From an uncultured archaeon (GTDB lineage Archaea > Thermoproteota > Nitrososphaeria > Nitrososphaerales > Gagatemarchaeaceae): a stretch of 64,000 nucleotides of DNA. Positions 50,585-60,386 of the stretch are shown piece by piece; position 1 is the first letter of the stretch; each line of letters opens with the position of its first letter. The stretch is taken from the NCBI GenBank assembly GCA_963799775.1, contig CAWCYD010000003.1, forward strand, positions 1,120,001 to 1,184,000, in the 5' to 3' direction. The position numbers were made by a program, and so were the translations under genes. Under the pieces are notes generated by a model, which saw only the letters and a program-made list of their open reading frames with translations, ran no database searches and had not been told where the DNA came from.

Positions 50585-50758
50585 CTACTCGCCCCAGTCC
50601 TCTTGCTCTTTCTCAGCTGGTTTTAGCGTCACGAGCCCGGAGGCTTCGTCCTTCTTTACCTCGTACGAGGCGCCGCAGTCCTTGCAGCTGACAATCTCTC
50701 CGTTTATCGCGTCGCTCGGAATCGTCAGCTGAGCATCGCATTCTTCGCAGTTCGTCAG
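50585..50758 (-). CDS. lysW: LysW carrier protein (CTG start)
   Basis: CEEC, CKDC, C-terminal EDWGE; GGAGGTGA upstream. Confidence 0.95.
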   Translation of the reverse strand: MTNCEECDAQLTIPSDAINGEIVSCKDCGASYEVKKDEASGLVTLKPAEKEQEDWGE

Positions 50759-50926
50759 GGACTCACCTCCAGGTGCCTTCTTCGAGCGCTCGCCCTCGGA
50801 CGATATTTAACGCTACCTTTTCAGCACCGATTGAATACTCCAAACGAAGACGAACCGCGCTATGGTTGTTAGTTCGTGCGGAAGGCTTCTTAAAAGAGCG
50901 CCGTTCCGTACGCCCGTTGACGAGGT

Positions 50927-51418
50927 GTGAGCGACCGTGACGGTTATCTCGAGCAGATAGCTCGAAGGTTTGAGAGAGAGGGTTTCGCGGTTAGTAGGGC
51001 TGTCGAGTTCGACGGCTATCAGCTCGATGTCTTGGCTGTCAAGACCTCCTTTGAACTGTTCAAATTCGGCAACTTCGCCAGTTTCGTAGGAGGTGCGTGG
51101 ATGGAGGCCGCCGACACGAAAGCGATTCGTGAATTTTCTTCATCATTCACCCAATATGCCCTTGAGAAAGGCCCTCCCTTTCGGGGGTTAGGAGCCGGTC
51201 TTGTCTCGTTCCCCGTAATCGTGTCCCAGGACTTTGACGACGACGTGAAAGAGTGGGTGAGGAGCACGCCAGCTCCGAAGCACTGGGGGGCTGGCGAGTT
51301 TCCCGTTCTTGTCTCGTTGAAGGAGAGACGGATATTCGTCTTGGAGAAGTCGCCCCTGTGGGGCAGGGTTTACTGGGGCGGACTCCGGAAGTTCGCAAGA
51401 AAGCAACTGGCGTTCTGA
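50927..51418 (+). CDS. Hypothetical protein, possible degenerate restriction-endonuclease-like fold
   Basis: FEREGFAV...QLDVLAVK pattern; open 163-aa frame. Confidence 0.55.
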   Translation: MSDRDGYLEQIARRFEREGFAVSRAVEFDGYQLDVLAVKTSFELFKFGNFASFVGGAWMEAADTKAIREFSSSFTQYALEKGPPFRGLGAGLVSFPVIVSQDFDDDVKEWVRSTPAPKHWGAGEFPVLVSLKERRIFVLEKSPLWGRVYWGGLRKFARKQLAF

Positions 51419-51679
51419 TGACCTTGGTGCCGCAAGGGCTCGACCTTCGGGGGAGGGGTACGTTGATGACCTCCGCGGTGGCGACTAGGCTTCCAGACTA
51501 GAAAGCCAGTTTTTTGCACGGCACTCGTCAATATCCGTTATAGATATATCAAATAATTAACGATGATGATTCCAAAGAGTCGTTATCCTAAGGGTTGAAC
51601 GGAAAGGGGAGCAAAAAGACCCGCCAGCATCTGGACAGCCGTTCTAAAACCCGATGCACGATTTCTCGCAGAGAGAACG

Positions 51680-53656
51680 CTATAGGGCGTTTGCGCCAGT
51701 CCCGCCTATCCTGCTCCTTCTAACCAAGTATAGGACTGGAACGAGAACGGCTAGCATGACAAACATGAGAGACCACGACGGAAATTCGGGCGTGGGGGTA
51801 CCGATTGTCCCGACCGCGATGTTGGTACCTTGGAGGTCGGCGACAGGGATGTTGCCGCAGACGGTTGTGCCGCTCGTGGACGTTCCAGTGGCGTTCGCCC
51901 AGTCGACAGAGTTCCAGTATTCAATGATGCTCGAGCTGGTGGCGGCCTGGTTGGTAATGCAAGTGTTCGCCGTCCCGTCTGTGACCCCTTCAACCTGCAC
52001 ATCGTAGTAAAGAGCCGTCCTCATGTTATTGGGGGGTTGAGCTTGAGTCGGTCCGCTTAGGTCATTTGTGACGACCAGGACAGGCGTCCCGGATGGGGCG
52101 GATATTCCGCTCACAGCCAAATTTATGCCTGTCGTTCCCTGATTGACTGAGAATACGCCGGGGCCGACCGTCAAGAAACTGCTTTGCGTCGCCGTGACCG
52201 CCGAAGATGGGTTCTTCGTGTAGGTGAAGGTGATGAGGCTAGTCGTGGCCGTGTTCACCGTGAAGGTCAAGGTCGTTGTCTCCGCGCTGAATTGGTAGGT
52301 GTAGGTTGTCACGCTACCATTCACAAAAGTATACGTCAGGGTGACCGTTGGAGTCTGGACCACCGTAATAATCGCCGTAGAGGTGAACATGCTCGTGGAG
52401 GTGCTCGTCTGCGTATTGCTCGTGCTGGTGGTGGTTTGCGTAGTGGTCGTTGGCGGTTCCGTGGTTGTCGTCTCCGCCGATGGCTCGACCTCGGCGTCGT
52501 AGACCACACTTTCGTCGGAGCCTCCTATGCCGATTATCCATTCACCGTCTTCTCCGAGGTATATCACAAAGCCCATGAAATAGAGGGGGGCTGGGTCATC
52601 GCCGTAGTTTGTGGTCTGCCTCCAGGAACCGACGCCGCTTGTCGAGAGCGACGAGAAATAGACGCTCGCTATCGTCGAAGAGGAAGTCGACCCGTCGGCG
52701 CAGATGATCGTCTGGGAGTAGTCTGCGCACTCTACTCCGTAGATCGGAATCCCGCCACTGCCGCTAGTCCCCGAAGTCGCGCCGTAGTCTATCGACTCTT
52801 TCCAGGCGCCGATGCCTGAGGAGGATAACGGAGCGTAGAAGACGTCGCTGATGTTCGCGAAGCTGCCGCCTTGGCCTCCCACGCAGTAGATGCTGGCGAG
52901 GGCAGAGTCGGCGACGCAGGACGCAGCGGATTCGGGGACCCCGCCGCTTCCCGAGGTGCCGGAACCGGCGCCATAGTCGGTGGTCTCCGTCCAGGGACCT
53001 ACGCCCGAGGGAAGGAGTTGCGAGTAGTATGTCTTGCTCTTGCCTAGTCCGCCGACGCAGTAGATGTAGCCGCTATTCTGAACGCATGAGGTCTGGAAGG
53101 CGTAGACCTTGCTGGCCCCGGTCGAACCGGACGACGCGCCATAGTCGGTCGTCTCGGTCCAAGGGCCGACTCCGGAAGACGATAGTGGAGCGAAGTAGAC
53201 GGAGCTAAGGGGGCCGGGGTTGGAGCCCGCCTTCATCCCATTTCCTCCGACGCAGTAGATGTTGTGGTTATAGGCTACGCAAGAGTTCCACTCGATGGCG
53301 ACTCCCCCGTTTCCGGAGGTACCTGCGGTCGCCCCGTAGTCGGTCGTCTCAGTCCATGCACCGATTACGCCAGATGCGGAGATCGCCGCGAAGAAGACCT
53401 GGCTTGAAATCCCGATGGAGCCGCCTGGCCCTGCCTTGGTGCCCGTGTAGCCACCTACGCAGTAGATGTAGTTTGAGTCAGTGACGCAAGGTTCGGACTG
53501 GACTGTTACCCCGCCGGTCCCTTTCGAGCCCGATGAAGCCCCGTAGTCCGTCTGTTCTGACCAGGTCCCCAAGCCGGTCACCGGGGATTGACCGTGGGCG
53601 GCGTTGCCGGTGGACGCGGCGATGATCGATATAGCGAAGAGAGCCAAGAGAAACAT
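51680..53656 (-). CDS. Secreted Kelch-like repeat protein with Thr-rich linker and PEF-CTERM-like sorting signal
   Basis: Signal peptide; about 6 repeats WxETTDYG...SCV...IYCVGG; PEFP + TM + RRSR. Confidence 0.85.
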   Translation of the reverse strand: MFLLALFAISIIAASTGNAAHGQSPVTGLGTWSEQTDYGASSGSKGTGGVTVQSEPCVTDSNYIYCVGGYTGTKAGPGGSIGISSQVFFAAISASGVIGAWTETTDYGATAGTSGNGGVAIEWNSCVAYNHNIYCVGGNGMKAGSNPGPLSSVYFAPLSSSGVGPWTETTDYGASSGSTGASKVYAFQTSCVQNSGYIYCVGGLGKSKTYYSQLLPSGVGPWTETTDYGAGSGTSGSGGVPESAASCVADSALASIYCVGGQGGSFANISDVFYAPLSSSGIGAWKESIDYGATSGTSGSGGIPIYGVECADYSQTIICADGSTSSSTIASVYFSSLSTSGVGSWRQTTNYGDDPAPLYFMGFVIYLGEDGEWIIGIGGSDESVVYDAEVEPSAETTTTEPPTTTTQTTTSTSNTQTSTSTSMFTSTAIITVVQTPTVTLTYTFVNGSVTTYTYQFSAETTTLTFTVNTATTSLITFTYTKNPSSAVTATQSSFLTVGPGVFSVNQGTTGINLAVSGISAPSGTPVLVVTNDLSGPTQAQPPNNMRTALYYDVQVEGVTDGTANTCITNQAATSSSIIEYWNSVDWANATGTSTSGTTVCGNIPVADLQGTNIAVGTIGTPTPEFPSWSLMFVMLAVLVPVLYLVRRSRIGGTGANAL

Positions 53657-53888
53657 TGGAACGAAACGAGTAGCCGTGCCCGTCTTGTTCCTCCGGACTG
53701 GCCCCGAAACCCCTTTCGCAGCTCCCTAAGAAAGGCTGACTCGATTCAACCTATATTACCGTTTCCGGGCCGAAAGACGTTTGGCGAGCCAAGGGCAAGA
53801 AGATCACATCGCTCGAGTTTCTTGTTCGATGCCGGAGTCATACCTGACGATACTCCTTTCGTGAGGGAGCTGGACGACCGGCCAGTGA

Positions 53889-54197
53889 TCATCGATTTCT
53901 CTTGGTCGAGGACATTCTTTCGGACTCGAGCAGCTTCTTCAGCCCCTGGACGTTCGTCCTGAAATAGACAAGGTCGGAATGGAATAGCACCACACCCTTC
54001 GTCAGGCGTGAGAACTCGCTCGAGAATTCTCGGGACTGCAAGAGTCGTTCAAGCGCGTCGAGATGACTCAACAAGGGATCGATTCTCAGAGTGGTCCAAT
54101 CGGTCTTTTTCTGGGCCAGCTTCGAGAAGTCTTCTTTCAATCGCTGAAGAGAGTCCCTCAGCTTAGGTAGGTCCGCCTTGTATGCTCTGTCCACCAT
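53889..54197 (-). CDS. Hypothetical helical protein
   Basis: 102-aa amphipathic ORF with upstream AT-rich element. Confidence 0.5.
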   Translation of the reverse strand: MVDRAYKADLPKLRDSLQRLKEDFSKLAQKKTDWTTLRIDPLLSHLDALERLLQSREFSSEFSRLTKGVVLFHSDLVYFRTNVQGLKKLLESERMSSTKRNR

Positions 54198-54309
54198 TTT
54201 TGGTCGTTTCTCATTGTCGAATCAGCGACGATTTGTTACTTAACGATATTGCGGGGAGTCCTCAGATTTCACGACGATGGTGTCGGGCAGAGGCCGAGAG
54301 CCGGGAGGC

Positions 54310-54726
54310 TCAGTTTATCGTCCTGAGGATTATTGTCGTCTCGGTCTTGAGGATCCCGTCTATCCTCCGGATCTCTTCGACAGACCTGTTGATCTCGGTG
54401 ATGCTCGAGCCTTTGATTATCGCCGCGATGTCGAACGGGCCCGTCGTCTCGTAGATTGTCTCCACCCCCTTTACTGACTTTAGCTTCTTGCTGACGTCCG
54501 CGGTCGGGGCTGTCGGGCTCACGGAGACGTAGGTGATGGCGCTGGTCGCCGTCCGAGGCTCCTCAACCTCAATGGTGAACTTCTTGATGATCCCCTCCTT
54601 CACGAGGTTGGAGACGCGGCGCCTCACCGCCGCCTCTGAGAGGCCGACCTTGGTCGCGATGTCGACGAACGCATGCCTCGAGTCCGTGCGGAGAATCCGG
54701 AGTATCTGCTCGTCGATCTCATCCAC
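54310..54726 (-). CDS. lysM: Lrp/AsnC regulator (LysM type)
   Basis: DEIDEQIL, LSEAAVRRRV, ETTGPFDI; in Lys/Arg cluster. Confidence 0.88.
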   Translation of the reverse strand: MDEIDEQILRILRTDSRHAFVDIATKVGLSEAAVRRRVSNLVKEGIIKKFTIEVEEPRTATSAITYVSVSPTAPTADVSKKLKSVKGVETIYETTGPFDIAAIIKGSSITEINRSVEEIRRIDGILKTETTIILRTIN

Positions 54727-55957
54727 TGCTGCCGCCACCGCCGCTAGCCCGTCTCTTCTCCTCGGCAGCGATCGCCTCGCCAAGGATCCGCACCGATCTC
54801 TCGATCTGGCGTTCGGTGATGACGAGAGGCGGGAGCATCCGGAATATCGTTCTCCCCGAGTAGGTGAAGATCACGCCCATGGACATCGCCTCGTTGAGGA
54901 GCTCCTGGATGTCGACCCTCAGCTCAAAGGCGAGCATCAACCCGAGGCCGCGGGCCTCACGAGTTAGCGCGTACTCTTTGCCCATGGAGTTCAGTTTTTC
55001 GAGGAAGAACTTCCCCTTGGCCTTTGCCTGAGCAGGGAGGTCGTTGTCCAAGATGTAACGCAGCGTGGCGGTCCCGGCCGCGCACGCGAGTGGATTGCCG
55101 CCGAAGGTGCTCGTCGCCTCTCCTTTCTTGAGCGAGTCGAGTATCTCGGCCCTCGTGACGGTGGCCCCCAGTGGGACGCCGCCGGCCAGCCCTTTCGCGA
55201 CCGTCATGATGTCCGGGACGACGCCCCAGTTTTCCATGGCCCAGAGCTTCCCTGTCCTGCCGAGGCCCGTCTGGATCTCGTCAGCGATCATGAGGATCCC
55301 CTTCTTGTCGCATATCTCCCTCACTCCTTGAAGGAACCCCTTCTGCGGCAGCACTATCCCGCCCTCTCCCTGGATGGGTTCGACTATGACCGCCCCGATG
55401 TCCTCGTCGACCTCGCGCTCGAGCGCCTCGAGGTTCCCGTTCTCGACGTGCTTGACGCCTTGCAGCAGAGGCTCGAAGGGCTCTCGGTATCTCTTGCTCC
55501 AGGTCGCTGAAAGGGCGCCTGCCGTCTTTCCGTGATAGGCCCCTTTCATTGCGATCAGCCCCTTCTTCCCTGTCACCTTGCGGCCCAGCTTTATCGCGAC
55601 CTCGACCGCTTCGGCGCCGCTGTTGGAGAGGAAGGCCGCGTCGAGACCCTTTGGGGAGCATGAGGTCAGGGTGTCGAGGAACTCTGCGCGCGCGTCGTTG
55701 TAGAGCGAGCCGTGGCAGGTGATCAGCGTCTCCGACTGGCGCTTTATCGCGGCGACGACGGCGGGGTTCGAATGGCCCACTATCGCGACGCCATAACCTC
55801 CCATGCAGTCGATGTATTCGTTCCCCTTGTCGTCCCAGACCAGGGAGCCCCTCCCCCTGACTATCGCCACGGGGAACTTCTGGTAGGTGTGCGGCCCGTG
55901 GGCGTCTTCCGTCGCGATTATGTCAATCGCCTTCTTCTTCATAGCTTTCTTCGGCAT
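54719..55957 (-). CDS. lysJ: [LysW]-semialdehyde aminotransferase (LysJ/ArgD)
   Basis: NSGAEA, EPIQGEGG, DEIQTG, STFGGNP. Confidence 0.92.
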   Translation of the reverse strand: MPKKAMKKKAIDIIATEDAHGPHTYQKFPVAIVRGRGSLVWDDKGNEYIDCMGGYGVAIVGHSNPAVVAAIKRQSETLITCHGSLYNDARAEFLDTLTSCSPKGLDAAFLSNSGAEAVEVAIKLGRKVTGKKGLIAMKGAYHGKTAGALSATWSKRYREPFEPLLQGVKHVENGNLEALEREVDEDIGAVIVEPIQGEGGIVLPQKGFLQGVREICDKKGILMIADEIQTGLGRTGKLWAMENWGVVPDIMTVAKGLAGGVPLGATVTRAEILDSLKKGEATSTFGGNPLACAAGTATLRYILDNDLPAQAKAKGKFFLEKLNSMGKEYALTREARGLGLMLAFELRVDIQELLNEAMSMGVIFTYSGRTIFRMLPPLVITERQIERSVRILGEAIAAEEKRRASGGGGSSG

Positions 55958-55970
55958 GTTCTAAGTCGAC

Positions 55971-56782
55971 CTAGGCCCTCGACATGACAGTGCAGCCCCT
56001 GTGCATAATGGCGTTAGTCAGTGGCTCCGGGCCGAACCCTGACGCGATTATCGCCTCCCCTACGCCTGCCTCTATCGCCTCCACTCCTGCGAGTATCTTC
56101 TTCTGCATCCCGAAACCCGTCTTCGGGAGCAGCGCCCTCGCCTCTTCGGGCGTGAGCTTCTCGACCACCTTTCCGTCCACCAGGAACCCCTTCACGTCGG
56201 TGAGGAAAAGGACAACGTCTGCGCGCAGCCCCATCGCCATGAACGCGGCTGCTCTGTCAGAGTCTACGTTGAGCGGCTCGGCTTCCTCGCCCATTGCGAC
56301 AGGAGAGATGACCGGCACCACCCCCCTCTCAAGTAGGGCCTCTATGACAGGCACACTCCGGCCGACTGCATCTTGCCTGTATAGCCTCCCTCGATGGCCA
56401 CCTTCCGGCCCCGCTCGTCGACTATGAGCAGCCTCTTCTTCCGGGTGGCCCGGAGTATCCCGCCGTCGAGCCCTGAGAGCGAGACGGCCGTTATCCCTCC
56501 CCGCTCCAGGAGTTCCACTAGCTTCTTCGCGATCAGGCCGCACATGACCATCGTGAAGATCTCCACAGTGGGTCTGTCCGTGTACCTGCTCTTCATCCCA
56601 TCGGGGGAGACGACGAAGCGCTGCTCCTTCCCCAGCTTCGTCGCAATCTCTGTGACCACGTCTCCCCCGCCGTGGACGAGGACCACCTGGTTGGTCTGGA
56701 CCAGCTTCTTGAGGTCTGCCATGAAGTCTGGTGGTATCTCTCCCTTTACGATGTCGCCACCCAGCTTCACCACTGTTCTCAT
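55971..56782 (-). CDS. lysZ: [LysW]-aminoadipate/glutamate kinase (frameshift near 56360)
   Basis: VVKLGG, VHGGG, SRYTD, LNVDSDRAA. Confidence 0.9.
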
Positions 56783-56788
56783 GCTAGG

Positions 56789-57850
56789 TTACACCGGGTG
56801 GAGCGGAGCGGCTGCGATGCCTTGGGTCTCGTCGAAGCCTAGCATCAAGTTCATCACCTGGACGGCGTTGCCTGCGGCCCCTTTCAGCAGGTTGTCGATC
56901 GCGCCGAGGGCCACGATCCTGTGGCCTCGCTCGTCTATCTCGAAGCCTACGTCGCAAAAGTTGGACCCGATGACGACCTTCGGGTCAGGGAGCCTGAACG
57001 GCCCCTGCTTGTCCTTTATCATGCGGATGAAAGGCTGGCCGGTGTAGAGGCCCCGGTACATCTTCCAGACGTCGGAGTTCTTCACCTCGCCCTCGTAGAA
57101 GACGTGGCACGTCGAGAGTATGCCCCTCACCATGTTTATCGCGTGAGCCGACATCGAGACGGTGACCTTCGAGCCGGAGAGCTGGCCCATGACCTGCTCT
57201 ATCTCGCCGCTGTGTCTGTGGCCAACCGGCTTGTAGGGCCTCACGACCCCGTATCTCTCGGAGAAGTGCGTCGCCAAGGACGGCTTTCCGCCCGAACCTG
57301 AGGACGCGATCTTTGCGTCCACGACAACGTGGTCCTTGTCGATCTTCACGTCCTTCTGCTTGAAGAGAGGGGCGAGCGCCAAGATCGAGGTGATCGCCAT
57401 GCAGCCCGGCGAGGCCGCGAGGCTCGCTCCTCGGATCTCCTCCTTGTTCAGCTCTGGGACGGCGTAGACGAACTTCTCGAGCATCTCCGGTGCAGGATGC
57501 TTGATCCCGTACCAGGTCTCGTAGTCGGCGGGGTTCTTGAGACGAAAGTCGGCGCTGAGGTCGACGACCTTCACCCCCGTCTTGATGAGCTGGGGAAGGA
57601 ACTTCATCGACTCGCCGTGTGGGAGGGCTGTGAATATCACGTCAGCTCCCGGGGAGACCTTCGAGAGGTCGTTCCCGACGAACTGCATCTCCGTCACCCC
57701 TCTCAGGTTGGGGTGCACGCGGAAGAGGTACTCGCCCTGGTGTCTTCTGGAGCTCGCGAAGGCGAGCTCTACCTTCCCGTGGCCCAGCAGGAGGCGGAGG
57801 AGCTCCCCTCCAGCGTAACCTGAGGCTCCCAAGACGCCGACGCGGACCAT
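56789..57850 (-). CDS. lysY: [LysW]-phosphate reductase (LysY/ArgC)
   Basis: GASGYAGGE, DLSADFR, PGC, DNLLKGAAG. Confidence 0.93.
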   Translation of the reverse strand: MVRVGVLGASGYAGGELLRLLLGHGKVELAFASSRRHQGEYLFRVHPNLRGVTEMQFVGNDLSKVSPGADVIFTALPHGESMKFLPQLIKTGVKVVDLSADFRLKNPADYETWYGIKHPAPEMLEKFVYAVPELNKEEIRGASLAASPGCMAITSILALAPLFKQKDVKIDKDHVVVDAKIASSGSGGKPSLATHFSERYGVVRPYKPVGHRHSGEIEQVMGQLSGSKVTVSMSAHAINMVRGILSTCHVFYEGEVKNSDVWKMYRGLYTGQPFIRMIKDKQGPFRLPDPKVVIGSNFCDVGFEIDERGHRIVALGAIDNLLKGAAGNAVQVMNLMLGFDETQGIAAAPLHPV

Positions 57851-57853
57851 GCT

Positions 57854-58711
57854 CTATCGCTTCGCCTCCCTCATCACGTACTCTACCATCTTCTTCGCTA
57901 TCCTGTGCTCCGTAGCGGCCTGCGCGCCCTTGAACTCGACCGTGTTGTTGACTTCGTGGATCGTGTAGCCGGTCTCCTTGGATTCCATCGCGTCGACGCC
58001 GAGTATGCCCCCTCCTACCGCCTTAGCCGCGCGGAGCGTGATCTCCTCTATCTCCTTGTTCAGCTTGAAGCCTGTCGTGGTCCCCCCTCTCGCGACGTTC
58101 GTCCTCCATTCTCCCACAGGCGCGTTCCTGTAGACCGACGCGATGACCTCGTCTCCGGCCACTATGAGGCGGATGTCGCGAGGCGGCCTCTTCACGAACT
58201 CCTGGAGGTAATACATGTGCTCGACCGGGCTCTGCATCGACTCCCTGTACTCGACGATCGTCCCCAGGGTCTGCGGCTCCTTTGCGATGTCGACCATCCT
58301 TCCCCAGCTTCCCGTGAAGGGCTTGATCACCACTGGATAACCCAGCTTCTCCGCGGTCTCGAAGACCGATTCAGAGGAGAGGGCGACGAAAGTCTTCGGT
58401 GTCGGGGCACCAGCCTTCGCTAGGAGCATCGATGTGACGAGCTTGTTGCCGCACGCCTCCGAGACCTTGGTCGTGTTTACTACCGTGATCCCGAAGTTCT
58501 CGAGGATCCTCGTCAAGAAGGCGGAGCGGTAGTAGCTGATGCAGCGCTGCAGCACGACGTCCCCGAACCCGTTGGCCAGCCTCTTCGCAGTGACGTTGAA
58601 GGCGAGCTTCCTCACGTCGATGAGCTCTGTCTTGCATCCTGCCTTCTCGGCCTCCTTCTTCAGCTCCTTCTCCTCGAGCCGAAGTCTGTCGAATGTAATC
58701 GAGAGCTTCAA
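57854..58711 (-). CDS. argX: Glutamate--LysW ligase
   Basis: GSWGR, WRTNVARG, EVNNTVEFKG; in argGH operon. Confidence 0.85.
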   Translation of the reverse strand: MKLSITFDRLRLEEKELKKEAEKAGCKTELIDVRKLAFNVTAKRLANGFGDVVLQRCISYYRSAFLTRILENFGITVVNTTKVSEACGNKLVTSMLLAKAGAPTPKTFVALSSESVFETAEKLGYPVVIKPFTGSWGRMVDIAKEPQTLGTIVEYRESMQSPVEHMYYLQEFVKRPPRDIRLIVAGDEVIASVYRNAPVGEWRTNVARGGTTTGFKLNKEIEEITLRAAKAVGGGILGVDAMESKETGYTIHEVNNTVEFKGAQAATEHRIAKKMVEYVMREAKR

Positions 58712-58718
58712 GGCCCTG

Positions 58719-58892
58719 TCACTCTCCCCAGTCTTCCTCGGCGACCTCTGCCGGCTTGAGCTTGACCTCTCCCTTGGAGATCGACTCGACTTCGTAATCG
58801 GAACCGCACTCCTTGCACTTTACAATCTCCCCGACTATGGCGTCATCTGGGACGTTGATGTCGGCGTCGCATTCTTCGCACTTTGTCTTCAT
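58719..58892 (-). CDS. lysW: Second LysW carrier protein
   Basis: MKTKCEEC...CKECG...EDWGE (hand translation). Confidence 0.95.
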   Translation of the reverse strand: MKTKCEECDADINVPDDAIVGEIVKCKECGSDYEVESISKGEVKLKPAEVAEEDWGE

Positions 58893-58895
58893 TTG

Positions 58896-60386
58896 CTAGC
58901 TTCTCACCTCTCGTTTCAGGTACGAGCGGAATTCGCCACGAAGGACCCTGGCAGATTCATCTAGCCTGTCCTCTTTCTCTCTGAGCCAGACGCTTAGGTT
59001 TTCCAATTCTTTCTTGTTCTGCACGACTTGCCGTGGGTTGAACTTTGGGTTCGCTCCGCCTGCGCTTCCGATAAGCATCAGGGTTTTGAGTGCATCGAGC
59101 ACCGCCCGGAGACGCGCTTTATCAATCTTTATCGCTCGGCTCGTCACCTTGGCTGAAACCTCGGCCAACGACGCCGTCGCAGCCTCTTCGAGGCTCGAGT
59201 GGTTCTCTATCGCCATTCGGACCAGCTCGCCGACAATCTGATGGGCCTGGCGGAACGAGACGCCATGGGCGCGGACCAGCTCGTTCGCGAGCTCCGTCGC
59301 GGTCGACATGTCCTCCTCGACAGCTTGCTTGAGCCGCGAGGCGTTGAACTTCACGGACGAGAGCATGTCCGCCATCAACGACAGGGATGACTCGCAATCG
59401 TCGAGCGCCTTCCAAAGATGCGGTGTGATCTCCTGGAGGTCGAGGTTGTAGGCATTGGGAAGCGCTTTCGCTATGGCGAAAGCGGCGGTGGCCTCGCCCA
59501 TCACGGAGCCGCACTTGGCCCTGATCGTCTCCGCCACGACCGGGTTCTTCTTTTGCGGCATTATGCTGCTCGTGGCGCTGAACTCGTCCCCAAGCTCGAG
59601 GAAGGCGAACTCACTTGACGACCAGAGGATGAGTTCCTCGGCGATCTTGCTAAGATCCACCATCGTGATCTCCAAGACCGCCAGCGTCTCGAGCGCAAAG
59701 GCACGAGACGATACGGCGAGCATCGAGTTTGAGACCAGTCCGTCGAAACCGAGCAGTGAAGCAATCCGCTCCCTGTCGATATTGAAGGACGTGCCCGCGA
59801 ACGCCGCCGACCCCATCGGAGACCGGTTGACCCTGTCGTAGAGCTGGGAGAACCGCTCAGTGTCCTCCGCTATCGCCTCGAAGTGAGACTGCATGTGGTG
59901 GAACACGGTTGTAGGCTGGGCGCGCTGCAGGTGCGTGTACCCTGGAATCGGTAGCGCGCCGGATCGGCCCATCACGTGAAGTAGGGCTGACTCTAGTCGC
60001 GTCGCCTGACCTTGTATCTTCAGCACCCTCTCCCTCACCTCCATCCTTAGGGCAGTCGCGACCTGGTCGTTGCGGCTCTTCCCCAGGTTGAGGTAACCTG
60101 CTGCCTCGATCCCGATCGAGGCCGTCGCCTTCTGCTCCAGCCAGTGATGGACGTCCTCGGTCGAGGGGTCTATCTTCGGGTTGGCGGGGAGGCCTTCCAG
60201 GAAGCGGAGGCATGCGATACCCTCCTTCTTCGGGACTTGGCCTGACCGTAGCAGCCACGACATGTGCGCCAGGTTTATCGCGACCACGTGCCGGCTCAGC
60301 GGACCGTCGAAAGCGACCGAGGACGTGAAGTCGTTGGCCTTTCTACTTGAGCGCTTGACTCTGCTTCCTCTCAGGATGTTGTCCAT
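58896..60386 (-). CDS. argH: Argininosuccinate lyase
   Basis: KSRNDQV, PGYTHLQRAQP, SSIMPQKKNP. Confidence 0.96.
   Translation of the reverse strand: MDNILRGSRVKRSSRKANDFTSSVAFDGPLSRHVVAINLAHMSWLLRSGQVPKKEGIACLRFLEGLPANPKIDPSTEDVHHWLEQKATASIGIEAAGYLNLGKSRNDQVATALRMEVRERVLKIQGQATRLESALLHVMGRSGALPIPGYTHLQRAQPTTVFHHMQSHFEAIAEDTERFSQLYDRVNRSPMGSAAFAGTSFNIDRERIASLLGFDGLVSNSMLAVSSRAFALETLAVLEITMVDLSKIAEELILWSSSEFAFLELGDEFSATSSIMPQKKNPVVAETIRAKCGSVMGEATAAFAIAKALPNAYNLDLQEITPHLWKALDDCESSLSLMADMLSSVKFNASRLKQAVEEDMSTATELANELVRAHGVSFRQAHQIVGELVRMAIENHSSLEEAATASLAEVSAKVTSRAIKIDKARLRAVLDALKTLMLIGSAGGANPKFNPRQVVQNKKELENLSVWLREKEDRLDESARVLRGEFRSYLKREVRS

Noticed and set aside
52420-53570. CRISPR array or DNA tandem repeat
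   Set aside because: Repeats are degenerate protein-coding repeats; no identical repeat-spacer units seen anywhere in the window
1530-56360. About 24 frameshifted genes as pseudogenes, programmed frameshifts or introns
   Set aside because: Each is repaired by a 1-nt indel, many in homopolymers, and many hit essential genes (rps15, rpl15e, aCPSF1); no hairpin insert as in carB. Treated as consensus errors.
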